Below are positions 26,938 to 37,205 of a DNA stretch of 64,000 nt, in pieces. Where the stretch lies: assembly GCA_042642485.1 (NCBI GenBank), contig JBHRNN010000001.1:48621-112620 (forward strand). The letters are read 5' to 3'. How positions within the stretch are numbered: position 1 is the stretch's first letter; each line of letters begins with the position of its first letter. Position numbers and translations under genes: made by a program. The notes beneath the pieces were generated by a model. The model ran no database searches. It was not told the origin of the DNA and saw nothing but the letters and a program-made list of their open reading frames with translations. This DNA comes from Candidatus Saccharimonas sp. GTDB lineage: Bacteria; Patescibacteriota; Saccharimonadia; Saccharimonadales; Saccharimonadaceae.

Positions 26938-28443
26938 ATGACAGAATTCGACTTCGACGAGTTAGATCGTTCAATTACCGAGGCTATGTCCAAGAGCGGA
27001 TTATTAAAAGAGGACGGTCAACATGCTGAGGCGCCAACACCGCCGGCTGTCTCTACGCCTTCAAATCCTTCCTCTAATACTGCGCCGGTTTCAGTTGAGC
27101 CTAATAAATTAGCTCCTGGTCCTGGTCCAGTTGCGAATATGACGGTTTCACCCTCGCCGGCTGCAACGGTTGGCGTCGCTAAGCAGCCAAGTTCATCTGT
27201 ATCAACAGCTAGCGTACCAGTTTTGACTACAGCTCCAGCACAGCCAGCTGTTGGAGTGTCTACCGCTCAGGTTCAGACTTTGCCAACAAACGGTGCTTCA
27301 GCTTCGACTGGTGTGTCGGTCGCTTCTCAGGCTTCTACTGTTGTTCAAAATTCAGCTCTAAATAGTTCAATACCATCGCCAGCTCCCCAGCCGTTGCCGC
27401 AAGCCGCAACACCGCCGCAGGTAGCGGCAATTGGCGGAGCTGTGCCAGTCCGATCAGGATTACCAAAAAAAATGAAGACCAAGAGTCGCGGCCGTTTCAT
27501 GGACATAGTTAGCTCGCAGCCAGGTGTCAACAAACACCCCGCCAGCAAAGTTAAGTATTCTACGATGCCAGCACAGTCGTTAAGTAATGTGTTATCTGAT
27601 ATTTCTGGCGGCTCATCTCAACAATTAGGGTCAACTGGCCAGCGAAGCGCTCAGCATCTTGCTGCTAGTTCTACTCAGTTTAGTTCTAACGAAAATGTAG
27701 CAGCAAATACAAATAACGTTTCTAGCGAACTGCAATCGTCTGAATCGCGAGTTTTTCACGGTAGCAGCGCATTGCCTCAAGCTTCACAGTCTAATCCTGG
27801 TTTTGAAGACAAAAACGATTATGATGAAGCAGACGACAGCAAAAACGAAAAAAGATCGTATTCTATCGGCGGTACACACGGTAGGGATATTGCACCGTCT
27901 GCCGAGCTTGTTGAGTCGCTACAGAAAGACGCGCAAGATGCTAGCAACGAGATTGGCTTTTCGCAAGCAGAATCGCGAGCTAACGACATTCAATCAATTG
28001 AGGACGCTTCAGCCGAAAACGATGAAGATGACGCTAGAACACAAGACGCGCCAGCTCCTAAAAAACATCGGTTTATGCCGATTGGCGGTAAGCCAAAGCC
28101 TGTTGAAAAAACTCTTAACCCTCCTACTGCCGAAGCCTCTGTTGCTAATGTAGAAGATACGAGCGAGCAACCCGAGCAACTAGCTGAACCTCTGACAAAT
28201 CAGACGGTAGATTCGCCTGTACAGTCCGCTACTACAGAGCCAGATCCGCCTCGCGAGCAAACCATCGACGAAATTGAATCAGGCGCTATTTATGATACTT
28301 CTGAATATTACACTGAATTCAAGGACGACAAAAAACATAAGCAATCGCGCCATTCAGGCTTGAAATGGTTTTTGGTGATCATAGTATTCTTGGCTTTGGG
28401 TGCGCTGGCGGGCGCCGGCTATTTCTTCCTGACTCGCTATTAA
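26938..28443 (+). CDS. Disordered Pro/Ser/acidic protein with a C-terminal TM anchor
   Basis: MTEFDFDELDRSI N-terminal motif, internal RGRFMDIV motif, C-terminal KWFLVIIVFLALGALAGAGYFF. Confidence 0.8.
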   Translation: MTEFDFDELDRSITEAMSKSGLLKEDGQHAEAPTPPAVSTPSNPSSNTAPVSVEPNKLAPGPGPVANMTVSPSPAATVGVAKQPSSSVSTASVPVLTTAPAQPAVGVSTAQVQTLPTNGASASTGVSVASQASTVVQNSALNSSIPSPAPQPLPQAATPPQVAAIGGAVPVRSGLPKKMKTKSRGRFMDIVSSQPGVNKHPASKVKYSTMPAQSLSNVLSDISGGSSQQLGSTGQRSAQHLAASSTQFSSNENVAANTNNVSSELQSSESRVFHGSSALPQASQSNPGFEDKNDYDEADDSKNEKRSYSIGGTHGRDIAPSAELVESLQKDAQDASNEIGFSQAESRANDIQSIEDASAENDEDDARTQDAPAPKKHRFMPIGGKPKPVEKTLNPPTAEASVANVEDTSEQPEQLAEPLTNQTVDSPVQSATTEPDPPREQTIDEIESGAIYDTSEYYTEFKDDKKHKQSRHSGLKWFLVIIVFLALGALAGAGYFFLTRY

Positions 28444-28452
28444 CGCGATATA

Positions 28453-30573
28453 ATGAGTGTGATGGATATATTTGATGGTCTTAATGACGCGCAGAAAGCA
28501 GCTGTCGCTTATACGGACGGTCCGTTGTTGGTTTTGGCGGGCGCTGGCAGTGGTAAAACCAAAACTTTAACCCACCGCATAGCTTATCTATTGACACACG
28601 AAAGAGTCTGGCCGAACGAAATTTTGGCGGTGACATTTACTAATAAAGCAGCTAGCGAGATGCGCGAACGCTTGGCGGCTTTGATCGATCAGCCTAATAC
28701 GCGGCAATTCATGCCGTGGATGGGTACATTTCACGGGATTTGCGTGCGAATTTTGCGGCGCGATGGGCCGGCGATTGGCGTGCCGTCGAATTTTATTATT
28801 TATGATGAAGCCGACCGTCAAGGATTGATCAAGCAAGCGATGAAGCAGCTGTCAATTGCTCCTGATAAACTCAAACCACGTTCTGTTAGCGCGGCAATTT
28901 CTAACGCTAAAAATGATTTACTCACGCCAGATGATTACGCGGCAGCGGCGCAATATCCGAATCAGCAGCATATCGCTAAGATTTATGATAGGTACGAGCA
29001 ACTACGTAGCGAGGCTGGCGCCCTAGATTTCGATGATTTGTTAATCGAGACGGTGCGTTTGCTGCGCGATGCCAGTGAAATTCGCCAAAAGTATCGCCAG
29101 TACTTCAAGCATATTCTCATTGACGAGTACCAAGACACTAACGCTGCGCAGTATGCTATCGTTAAATATCTAGTCAACGATGCGCGTAATATTTGCGTGG
29201 TCGGTGATGATTGGCAGTCGATTTACAGCTGGCGCGGAGCGGATTTCAAGAATATTCTTAATTTTGAACGAGACTTCCCTGGCGCAAAGGTAATCAAACT
29301 GGAACAAAACTATCGTTCAACAGGCGCTATCCTAGAGGCGGCGCAAAAGGTTATTGCCAAGAATGTCGAACGGACTGACAAAAAACTCTGGACGGCGGCT
29401 GGCAATGGTGCGCCAGTGCAAGTTCAGGCGGTACGCGATGAGTCCGAGGAGGCTTACGTGGTGGCAAGCCGTATTGCGGCTCAAACCTCGATTGGTACTC
29501 ACCGCTACGGTGATTTTGCAATATTGTACCGCACGAATGCGCAGAGTTTTGCTTTTGAACGTGCCTTCATGCAACAAAGAATTCCATATCAATTGGTTGG
29601 CGGCGTGCGCTTTTATGATCGCAAAGAGATCAAGGATATTATTGCTTACTTGCGTTTATTGTATCAACCGAACGACCGGATGAGCTTTAGTCGAATTGCC
29701 AATGTGCCGGCTCGCGGTATCGGCGCGACTAGTCTAGAGAAATTCTTACGATGGCAAAACGATAACAATATGGAAATCATCGCTTCGCTGGTGAATGTCG
29801 AGCAAACTAGTGTTTTGACGCCGCGCGCCAAAAAATCATTATTGCGTCTGGGCGAGATTTTACGCGAATTGCAGGCGCTTGTTCTTTCTAATACTAGCCC
29901 AAGCGATATTATTGAAAAGCTAATTGAAAAGATTGCTTATCGAGATTATGTCATGGATGGAACGCCGCAGGCTGAAGAGCGTGATGATAATTTGAGTGTG
30001 CTCATAGCGGACGCTAAATCTTTCGCGACATTGCCAGACTTTCTCGAAGAGGCAGCGCTAATGAGCAGCGTCGATCAGCAAAGTGATGGTGAAAAGGTCA
30101 CATTAATGACCTTGCATGCCGCTAAAGGACTGGAATTTCCGGTGGTTTTCATGGTCGGTATGGAGGATGGCTTGTTTCCGAGTGAGCGAGCGCTTGAAGA
30201 AGGTCCGCGCAATCTCGAGGAGGAGCGGCGCTTGTGCTACGTGGGTATGACGCGGGCGCGCGAAGAGTTATATCTGTTGTACGCGCAGAGCCGTGCGCAA
30301 TTCGGCCTGCGATCGTACAATCAGCCGTCGCGTTTTCTTGACGATATGGGTATGGGATTGTTCTCGGTTGAATCTAACGCTATTAATTCGAGTCCAGCTT
30401 ATAATGATTTTGACGAGCCGGTGATGAACTATGATATTGGCGATCGAGTGCGCTCGCTGCAATTTGGCGATGGCGAGATCATTGACATTGACGGCTTAGC
30501 AGTTAGTGTGAAGTTCGATAGTGGTGCTGTCAAAAAGCTCAATGTTGAATACGCCCGCCTCGAGAAGCTGTAG
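28453..30573 (+). CDS. pcrA: UvrD/PcrA ATP-dependent DNA helicase
   Basis: AGAGSGKT, TFTNKAA, DEYQDTN, VGDDWQSIY, LEQNYRS, MTLHAAKGLEF, EEERRLCYVGMTRA. Confidence 0.96.
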   Translation: MSVMDIFDGLNDAQKAAVAYTDGPLLVLAGAGSGKTKTLTHRIAYLLTHERVWPNEILAVTFTNKAASEMRERLAALIDQPNTRQFMPWMGTFHGICVRILRRDGPAIGVPSNFIIYDEADRQGLIKQAMKQLSIAPDKLKPRSVSAAISNAKNDLLTPDDYAAAAQYPNQQHIAKIYDRYEQLRSEAGALDFDDLLIETVRLLRDASEIRQKYRQYFKHILIDEYQDTNAAQYAIVKYLVNDARNICVVGDDWQSIYSWRGADFKNILNFERDFPGAKVIKLEQNYRSTGAILEAAQKVIAKNVERTDKKLWTAAGNGAPVQVQAVRDESEEAYVVASRIAAQTSIGTHRYGDFAILYRTNAQSFAFERAFMQQRIPYQLVGGVRFYDRKEIKDIIAYLRLLYQPNDRMSFSRIANVPARGIGATSLEKFLRWQNDNNMEIIASLVNVEQTSVLTPRAKKSLLRLGEILRELQALVLSNTSPSDIIEKLIEKIAYRDYVMDGTPQAEERDDNLSVLIADAKSFATLPDFLEEAALMSSVDQQSDGEKVTLMTLHAAKGLEFPVVFMVGMEDGLFPSERALEEGPRNLEEERRLCYVGMTRAREELYLLYAQSRAQFGLRSYNQPSRFLDDMGMGLFSVESNAINSSPAYNDFDEPVMNYDIGDRVRSLQFGDGEIIDIDGLAVSVKFDSGAVKKLNVEYARLEKL

Positions 30574-30630
30574 CAAAATAATCAATCTTTTGCTATAATT
30601 ATAGCTGCGCGCTAGTTTGTGCGCCTACGT

Positions 30631-31788
30631 ATGAAAAGTATTGCGAGAATTAAATTACGTTGGCTGATTACCGGCTCTATGCTATTAGCTTTGGCTGGAT
30701 TGTCTGTTTATACAGCAATTATGCCAAAAGCGCGGGCTGACGAGCATAGCCTAGCGGTCGGCGAGCATATCATTACCGTTCATGATGACGGTCAAAGTAA
30801 AGGATTTATTACCAAAAAGCAGACCTTGCGCGAAGCTCTCGCTGAGGCAGCTATCAAACTAGATCGTAACGATCGGACCGAGCCAAATATTGATGAGCGC
30901 TTGGTGGCAAATTCGTATAGCGTTAATATTTACAGAGCCCGAACGGTGGTTGTCAAGGATGGCTCTCAGCTCACTAAAATTATTACATCGTACCGTACTG
31001 GAAAGCAGATAGTTAAACAAGCTGGCATTGCTGTACGCGATGAAGATATTCTAACCTTGTCGCAGTCTAATAGTCCAATGCGCGATAGCGCAGCAGAAGT
31101 ATTGTCTATTAAAAGAGCAGTGCCGTTTAACTTTGATTTTTATGGCAAAAAGGCCACTTCTTACACGCAAGCTCAAACCATCGGTGAAATGCTAGCCGAG
31201 AAGCATATCAAAATGTCTGCCAATGATATTATTATCCCGAATAAAGATACAAAAATGGCTAGAGGCATGAATGTTCGCTTGTATCGTAACGGTACGCAGA
31301 CAGTTACCGTTGACGAGGATATACAGTTTGAGACTGAACAGATCAAGGACATTAATCGAGATAAAGGATACAAAGAAATTCAAACCAAAGGGGTTAACGG
31401 CAAGCGTACAGTTACGTATGAGATTAACGTCCAAAACGGCGTTGAAGTGTCACGCCGCGAGATCAATAGCAACATTATTCAGCAGCCAGTTAAGCAGGTA
31501 GAAATTATTGGTGCTAAAACTTCAGCTACGTTTAATGGCAGTTTCGCTGAAGCTTTGGCGCGTTTGCGTAGCTGCGAGGGTAGTTATACATCAGATACAG
31601 GTAACGGTTATTATGGTGCGTATCAATTTGATAAGAGTACATGGGGTAATTTCGGAGGCTACAATAATCCTGCTCAAGCTCCGGCTGATGTCCAAGATCA
31701 GAAAGCATGGGAGACTTATAAGAGGAGGGGTTGGCAACCTTGGCCGTCTTGTAAAATTAAAATGGGATTACAGGATATATATCGGTAG
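30631..31788 (+). CDS. RpfB-like protein: DUF348 repeats, G5, Rpf/transglycosylase-like domain
   Basis: TLREAL.EA.I.L...D..EP repeats; G5-like segment; LRSCEG...TGNGYYGAYQFDKSTW...QPWP. Confidence 0.88.
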   Translation: MKSIARIKLRWLITGSMLLALAGLSVYTAIMPKARADEHSLAVGEHIITVHDDGQSKGFITKKQTLREALAEAAIKLDRNDRTEPNIDERLVANSYSVNIYRARTVVVKDGSQLTKIITSYRTGKQIVKQAGIAVRDEDILTLSQSNSPMRDSAAEVLSIKRAVPFNFDFYGKKATSYTQAQTIGEMLAEKHIKMSANDIIIPNKDTKMARGMNVRLYRNGTQTVTVDEDIQFETEQIKDINRDKGYKEIQTKGVNGKRTVTYEINVQNGVEVSRREINSNIIQQPVKQVEIIGAKTSATFNGSFAEALARLRSCEGSYTSDTGNGYYGAYQFDKSTWGNFGGYNNPAQAPADVQDQKAWETYKRRGWQPWPSCKIKMGLQDIYR

Positions 31789-31840
31789 TTACTGATTGAC
31801 ATTCGACGCATAATTTGTTATAATATAAAAGATACAGTGG

Positions 31841-32911
31841 GTGATTTTGAATAAAATGAGCTTAAATCGATATTATCAACGCATTTGCTGTTGTGTTTTT
31901 GGTGCGGTCTTGGCAATCTTTAGTACTGGTATGTTATCGTTTCTTGCGAATACTGCGGTGGCAGATAGTCCAGTTGCGGCTAAAGCACAACCATCTAGTC
32001 ATATAGTCACTATTTACGACGGTGGTCGGGAGCAATCGATAATCACTAAGGTATCGACAGTACAGAAAGCGCTAGAAGAATTCGGCGCAAGATTGGATAA
32101 ACAGCATGATATTGTCGAACCGGGTCTGGATACACCGATTACCAACAATGGCTTCAAAATAAATATTTATCGTGCGCGGACGATAACGATCGTCGAAGGT
32201 GCTCGCCGCATGCGAGTCAATACGGCAGCGCAGACGCCAACACAGATTGCGCAAGCTGCGGGGATTGTTTTGTATCGCGAGGATAAAGTTCGATTTACGC
32301 CGCCAGAGGATGTCGCTTTGGATGGGTCGAGCTTGCTGATGAGGATTACGCGGGCAACTAGGCGTACTGTGACTGCCGAGGAAGAAATTGATTTCCCGGT
32401 TGAGCAAACACGTGACGACAGCCAGCCTCTTGGTTATCGCCAGGTAAAGCAGGCGGGAGCTAAAGGGCTGCGCAGATTGACTTATAAAGTTGAAGCGCGC
32501 GATGGTGATGAAATTAGTCGTCAGCAAATTTCTAGCGAAATTATCAAGCAGCCCAAAAAGCAAATTGAAGTGATCGGTACCAAGCCGAAAAATCCACTAA
32601 CCAAAGGCAAGGGCGCGCAGATATTTACTGATTCCAAAGGCGTGGCGCACCGCGAAACCTATTATGATTTACCGATGAATATTGTTGCTAACGCCTGCGG
32701 CGGCGGTGGCTACACGGTGCGTGCGGACGGCGCCAAGGTGGATAAGGACGGTTATATTTTGGTAGCGGCAAATTACGGTAATTATCCGCGCTGCTCGGTG
32801 GTGGAAACCAGCATGGGTCCTGGAAAGGTGTATGATACTGGCGGTTTTGCGGCCCAGCATCCGCATGGGTTTGACCTGGCGACTGATTGGACGAACGGGG
32901 ACGGGCGTTAG
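31841..32911 (+). CDS. YabE/SpsB-like protein: DUF348, G5, 3D-like muralytic domain
   Basis: Same N-terminal architecture as the upstream gene; C-terminal VAAN...VETSMGPGKVYDTGG...FDLATDW resembles a 3D domain. Confidence 0.75.
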   Translation: MILNKMSLNRYYQRICCCVFGAVLAIFSTGMLSFLANTAVADSPVAAKAQPSSHIVTIYDGGREQSIITKVSTVQKALEEFGARLDKQHDIVEPGLDTPITNNGFKINIYRARTITIVEGARRMRVNTAAQTPTQIAQAAGIVLYREDKVRFTPPEDVALDGSSLLMRITRATRRTVTAEEEIDFPVEQTRDDSQPLGYRQVKQAGAKGLRRLTYKVEARDGDEISRQQISSEIIKQPKKQIEVIGTKPKNPLTKGKGAQIFTDSKGVAHRETYYDLPMNIVANACGGGGYTVRADGAKVDKDGYILVAANYGNYPRCSVVETSMGPGKVYDTGGFAAQHPHGFDLATDWTNGDGR

Positions 32912-33700
32912 ATGGCGTCAGCGCGTGGGCCGAAAAAAGAGTTAGGCCAGCATTGGCTGCACGACCCAGAGATTTTGGCGGAGATTGCCGAGGCAGCGGA
33001 ACTGAGCAAGGACGATGTGGTTTTGGAAATTGGGCCAGGGCTTGGCACCTTGACCAGTCGGTTATTGGCGCGAGCTCAGCGCGTAGTGGCGGTGGAGTTT
33101 GATGGGGATTTGGCGCGTAAGTTACCGGGGCAATTTCCTGGCAAAAACCTGGACGTGATCAATGAAGATATTTTGCAATTTGATTTGAATCAGCTGCCAA
33201 CTGGCTACAAGGTAGTCGCCAACGTGCCGTACTATATCACTAGCAAGATTATTGAAAAGTTGATGACGGCAGAAAATAAGCCGAGTTTGGCGGTACTGCT
33301 GGTGCAAAAAGAAGTTGCTGAGCGTATCGCGGCCGAGCCTGGCGAAATGAGTATTTTAGCGGTTAGCGCGCAGCTATTTGCTGAGGCAGAACTCGATATT
33401 GAGGTGCCGCGGCAGTTCTTCACGCCGCCGCCAAAAGTTGATTCGCAAGTGGTGGTATTGAGAACTCGCACCGAACCATTAGTTGATTCTGAAGACCAAA
33501 AAGACTTTTTCCGCATTGTCAAAGCCGGTTTTTCGGCCAAGCGTAAAAAACTGCGTTCTAGTCTGAGCGGCGGACTGGGCGTCAGTAAAGCTAGCGCCGA
33601 GCAGTTACTAAACAATGCTGGTATTTCACCCGATGTCCGTGCCGAAGATTTGGCGATTGATGATTGGCAGCGGCTGCTCAAAGAATGGCGGGCGCGATGA
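32912..33700 (+). CDS. rsmA: 16S rRNA m6,2A dimethyltransferase
   Basis: KKELGQHWL, VLEIGPGLGTLT, VANVPYYIT, FTPPPKVDS. Confidence 0.96.
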   Translation: MASARGPKKELGQHWLHDPEILAEIAEAAELSKDDVVLEIGPGLGTLTSRLLARAQRVVAVEFDGDLARKLPGQFPGKNLDVINEDILQFDLNQLPTGYKVVANVPYYITSKIIEKLMTAENKPSLAVLLVQKEVAERIAAEPGEMSILAVSAQLFAEAELDIEVPRQFFTPPPKVDSQVVVLRTRTEPLVDSEDQKDFFRIVKAGFSAKRKKLRSSLSGGLGVSKASAEQLLNNAGISPDVRAEDLAIDDWQRLLKEWRAR

Positions 33701-34443
33701 TTGCGGCAGATCAGCCCGTCTGCTTTCTGTCTGATGTGTTAGTTGCGGTTTCGTCGAAAGACGACGGCACCATGCTCAATCGTATTCGCGGTCGCCACGT
33801 AGCTGATGTGCTAGAGAATCGGCGGCGGTTTTGCGATCAAATTGATATTAATTACGACGACGTTGTCTATCACGTGATTTCATATGACCAAGCACAAACG
33901 TTTGATACTATTGCCGAAGTTACTGAAACTGACACAGTGAAATACAACAACGAGGGGATTTTTGCTGACGCGCTCTATACCGAAATGGCTGGCGTCGGCT
34001 TATTTTTGCCAGTGGCAGATTGTATCGCTACAGTCATTTATGACCCAAAGCGTCGGGCGCTGATGTTGGCGCATCTGGGTCGACATTCGACGGTGGCGCA
34101 GTTGATGACAAGGGCGATTCAGTACTTTGTCGAGCATGGTAGCCAGGCAAAAGATTTACAAATTTGGATGTCGCCTAGCATCACGCAGAAAAATTATCGC
34201 ATGGATTATTTTAATCATGCAGATGATATCAATTGGCAAAATTTCTGCCATCAAACGGCTGACGGAATTTATCTGGACATGCAAGGCTTCAATCGTTCGT
34301 TAGCCATCCAGGCGGGCGTTCCGGCTGATAATATTGTCATCTCACCAATTGATACGGCGGATGATCCAAATTATTTCTCACATTCAGCTGGTGATACAGG
34401 GGGAAGATTCGCAGTGCTAGCAGAGATAAAATCTACTAAATAA
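33697..34443 (+). CDS. YfiH/PgeF-like (laccase domain) protein
   Basis: ADALYT, VADCIA..IYDP, LAHLG, SPSI, YFSH...GRF motifs; start MIAADQ. Confidence 0.82.
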   Translation: MIAADQPVCFLSDVLVAVSSKDDGTMLNRIRGRHVADVLENRRRFCDQIDINYDDVVYHVISYDQAQTFDTIAEVTETDTVKYNNEGIFADALYTEMAGVGLFLPVADCIATVIYDPKRRALMLAHLGRHSTVAQLMTRAIQYFVEHGSQAKDLQIWMSPSITQKNYRMDYFNHADDINWQNFCHQTADGIYLDMQGFNRSLAIQAGVPADNIVISPIDTADDPNYFSHSAGDTGGRFAVLAEIKSTK

Positions 34444-34533
34444 GATCCAAGGCGTCATGGCAATGTTGCGTGCCATCTTTGATTAGCATTAGTATATTGC
34501 TAAAAAAATAAAGTATAAGTATAATGGTACCAA

Positions 34534-36045
34534 ATGAATAGATGCTGGAAAACAAAAAGGCTGAAATTTGGATTGGCCATCAAGGCGTTAGCTGTGACGG
34601 TAGGTGCGTTGGCAGCGCTTTCTGGTCCGATATTTTATCCGCCAAAAGCTGCCGCCGACGCTATCAATGACACAGATTTTGTGTTTACTGTGGACACGCG
34701 CAAATCTGGGTCGCCAGATACTCAGTTCGTCATTCCGATAAGAGGAGGCGGATATAATTATACTATTGATTGCAATAATGATGGTACGGTCGAAGCAACC
34801 GCTCAGACCGGATCTTATACTTGTAGTTACGCTACACCTGGTGTGTATACGATTCGTATCGGAGGTGTGTTTCCAGAGTTTTATCTCAATAACGGCGGCG
34901 ATAAACTGAAGATGATTTCTATTGATCAGTGGGGGAAGAATAAATGGAGATCGTTGGTGGCTTCATTTTACGGTGCTGCAAATATGGACGTAAAGGCGAT
35001 TGACACTCCCGATTTGTCGCAGACTGACTCGATATACTCTGTCTTTAGAGGTAATACTTCTCTCAAGGGTGAGAATGCTAACTGGAGTTGGAACACCTCG
35101 ACCATTACTAATATGGGTAGTGCGTTTAGTGATACTGAAAATTTCAATCAAAACATCGGGTCGTGGGATGTGTCTAACGTTGTTTTTGCTGGCGGTTTAT
35201 TTAATAACGCGACAGCATTTAATAATGGCGGCAGCGATTCAATTAAAAACTGGAACACTGGCAAAATGACTGCAATGAATGCAACGTTTCAAAACGCAGT
35301 TAAGTTTAATCAACCGATAGGGTCGTGGGATGTTTCGAAAGCCGAGTTGATGAGTGAAATGTTTAATGGTGCTCGCACTTTTAATCAATCTTTGGCGGGC
35401 TGGCGGCTAGATTCGTTAGTTTCGACAACTGGTTTGCCCAACAGCTATTGGTCTGGCGCTCCTAGAATGTTGAATAATAGCGGTTTGTCTACGAAAAATT
35501 ATGATGCTACTTTGATATCTTGGAATATTCAATCAACTAACTCGCCGCTTATACTAGGGGCCGCCGGGTTGAAATATTGCACTGCTGATGCGGCTAGAAA
35601 AAATCTAATCAAGCCAGTCGCCGACGGCGGGCATGGCTGGACTATCAATGGCGATGCAAAGGAGTGTCCGAAGCATACGGTGGTTTTTGATACCCAGGGC
35701 GGAATGGCAATTGCCAACCAAGAAGTTGCTTTTACTGATAAAATTACCGCGCCAGCTGTGCCAAATCGGCAGGGTTATGCCTTTGCTGGGTGGTACACGG
35801 ATACTGCTTTTACGACGGCTTGGGACTTTGCGAACGATACGATGCCAGACAATGACTTGACTTTGTATGCAAAGTGGACCGAGAATCCTGGGCCTGCTGC
35901 AACAAGCGGCGGCGCTTCGGAAAACAATTCAAGCTCATCAACCAAGCTGGCTGAGACTGGGGTGGATGCGGGAATATTTTTCTCTGCAGCAGTTGCATTT
36001 ATAGCGGTTGGTTCTATCGCGATTAAGTTGATTAAACGAAGCTAG
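34534..36045 (+). CDS. DUF285/BspA-family surface protein with an InlB B-repeat and an LPXTG-like (LAETG) anchor
   Basis: Signal peptide; FNQNIGSWDVSNV-type repeats; VVFDTQGG...P.RQGYAFAGWYTD...LTLYAKW; LAETG, TM, then KLIKRS. Confidence 0.88.
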   Translation: MNRCWKTKRLKFGLAIKALAVTVGALAALSGPIFYPPKAAADAINDTDFVFTVDTRKSGSPDTQFVIPIRGGGYNYTIDCNNDGTVEATAQTGSYTCSYATPGVYTIRIGGVFPEFYLNNGGDKLKMISIDQWGKNKWRSLVASFYGAANMDVKAIDTPDLSQTDSIYSVFRGNTSLKGENANWSWNTSTITNMGSAFSDTENFNQNIGSWDVSNVVFAGGLFNNATAFNNGGSDSIKNWNTGKMTAMNATFQNAVKFNQPIGSWDVSKAELMSEMFNGARTFNQSLAGWRLDSLVSTTGLPNSYWSGAPRMLNNSGLSTKNYDATLISWNIQSTNSPLILGAAGLKYCTADAARKNLIKPVADGGHGWTINGDAKECPKHTVVFDTQGGMAIANQEVAFTDKITAPAVPNRQGYAFAGWYTDTAFTTAWDFANDTMPDNDLTLYAKWTENPGPAATSGGASENNSSSSTKLAETGVDAGIFFSAAVAFIAVGSIAIKLIKRS

Positions 36046-36094
36046 CTTGTAAGTGGCGCAACATTAAAGTAATCTTGATAGTTGTTTAGCGTTG

Positions 36095-37111
36095 TCAGGG
36101 CCGTAGATTACTTCTTGATAATTTTATCATCTGCCCAAAATATGCCGGGTTAGCTCCGGATACGTTATGGGTGCTACCCTCGACTAGTATGCCTCGGATA
36201 TCTAGGTCGGGGAATTCCTGGCTAAGCGCCTCTATAAGTTTGCGTATATTTTTCGGGTTGTTATCGTTCATGCGGCTTAATTCCGGTGCAAAAAGAGTGA
36301 CGGGCGTGCCAGATTGTAGCTTCTTGAGTGAATTTTTAAGATCTTCAACAAAACCACCGCGCGACATCGCAATGACGTCTCTCAGCTGGACTAACAGCGG
36401 CACGGCTGGCATTTTTTCTCCGTCGTTTTCTCGCCAGGCTTTCCGAGCCTCAGGATCAGGCGAATTCTCGACGTATCTTGGCAGGTGGAAGAACGCTTCT
36501 GTTAACTGTGCCACTACGATACCAGTTGTGCCTAAAGTTTTTTGCCAACTTGGCGCATCGTCTATGGCAACAAACTTGGTCCTCTCCTCAGGACCATCAA
36601 GAACGCTAGGTATAGCCGCTGCAAGTCTGCTGCCAAACGAATGTCCAACTACGCCTACTCGGTCAGCATAATAAGTCAGGTGCTCATTTAGTTCGGGTGC
36701 TATTTCTTCGGCTAAGGGCAAGAAGCTATTTGTTGCTAGAATTTTATCGGCAACGCTCTTTTTCATAGAACTGGTTGGCAGTGTCAAGACTGAAGCTGGA
36801 TTTCCTTCTTCGTCGCGCCAGGCCTCGGCTATTTCGGCCATCTCTAGCCGTGCTGCTGTCGTTGTAGGGTTTCCCATGAACCCAGTTCCGTAGGCGATAA
36901 TATTGCCGGACGGGCCATTGCCAAATTCAACCAAAGTCATCGCCGTATTCCCTAGAGCGCTTGGTATGAAATGTTGTTCGATCCTCTCCATGAGCCTTGC
37001 TCGCTCTCCGCTAGGAGTTCTGTCGATTACCCCAGAAGTAGGTTCTCTGTTATTTCCCGAGAATATAGTATAAGGAATCCTTTTGGCTGCGTAGTTGGGC
37101 GACCTTCTCAT
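36095..37111 (-). CDS. Alpha/beta-hydrolase fold protein
   Basis: Nucleophile elbow VVGHSFG; C-terminal EGSTHN candidate His; start MRRSPNY. Confidence 0.65.
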   Translation of the reverse strand: MRRSPNYAAKRIPYTIFSGNNREPTSGVIDRTPSGERARLMERIEQHFIPSALGNTAMTLVEFGNGPSGNIIAYGTGFMGNPTTTAARLEMAEIAEAWRDEEGNPASVLTLPTSSMKKSVADKILATNSFLPLAEEIAPELNEHLTYYADRVGVVGHSFGSRLAAAIPSVLDGPEERTKFVAIDDAPSWQKTLGTTGIVVAQLTEAFFHLPRYVENSPDPEARKAWRENDGEKMPAVPLLVQLRDVIAMSRGGFVEDLKNSLKKLQSGTPVTLFAPELSRMNDNNPKNIRKLIEALSQEFPDLDIRGILVEGSTHNVSGANPAYFGQMIKLSRSNLRP

Positions 37112-37205
37112 AAATATTGTTATAGTATATAATTTTTCTATTGTCAAATAATCTCGTCGTAAAACCCATTGCTAAAAATCTAAAGCATAAGTATACTAAT
37201 AACCA

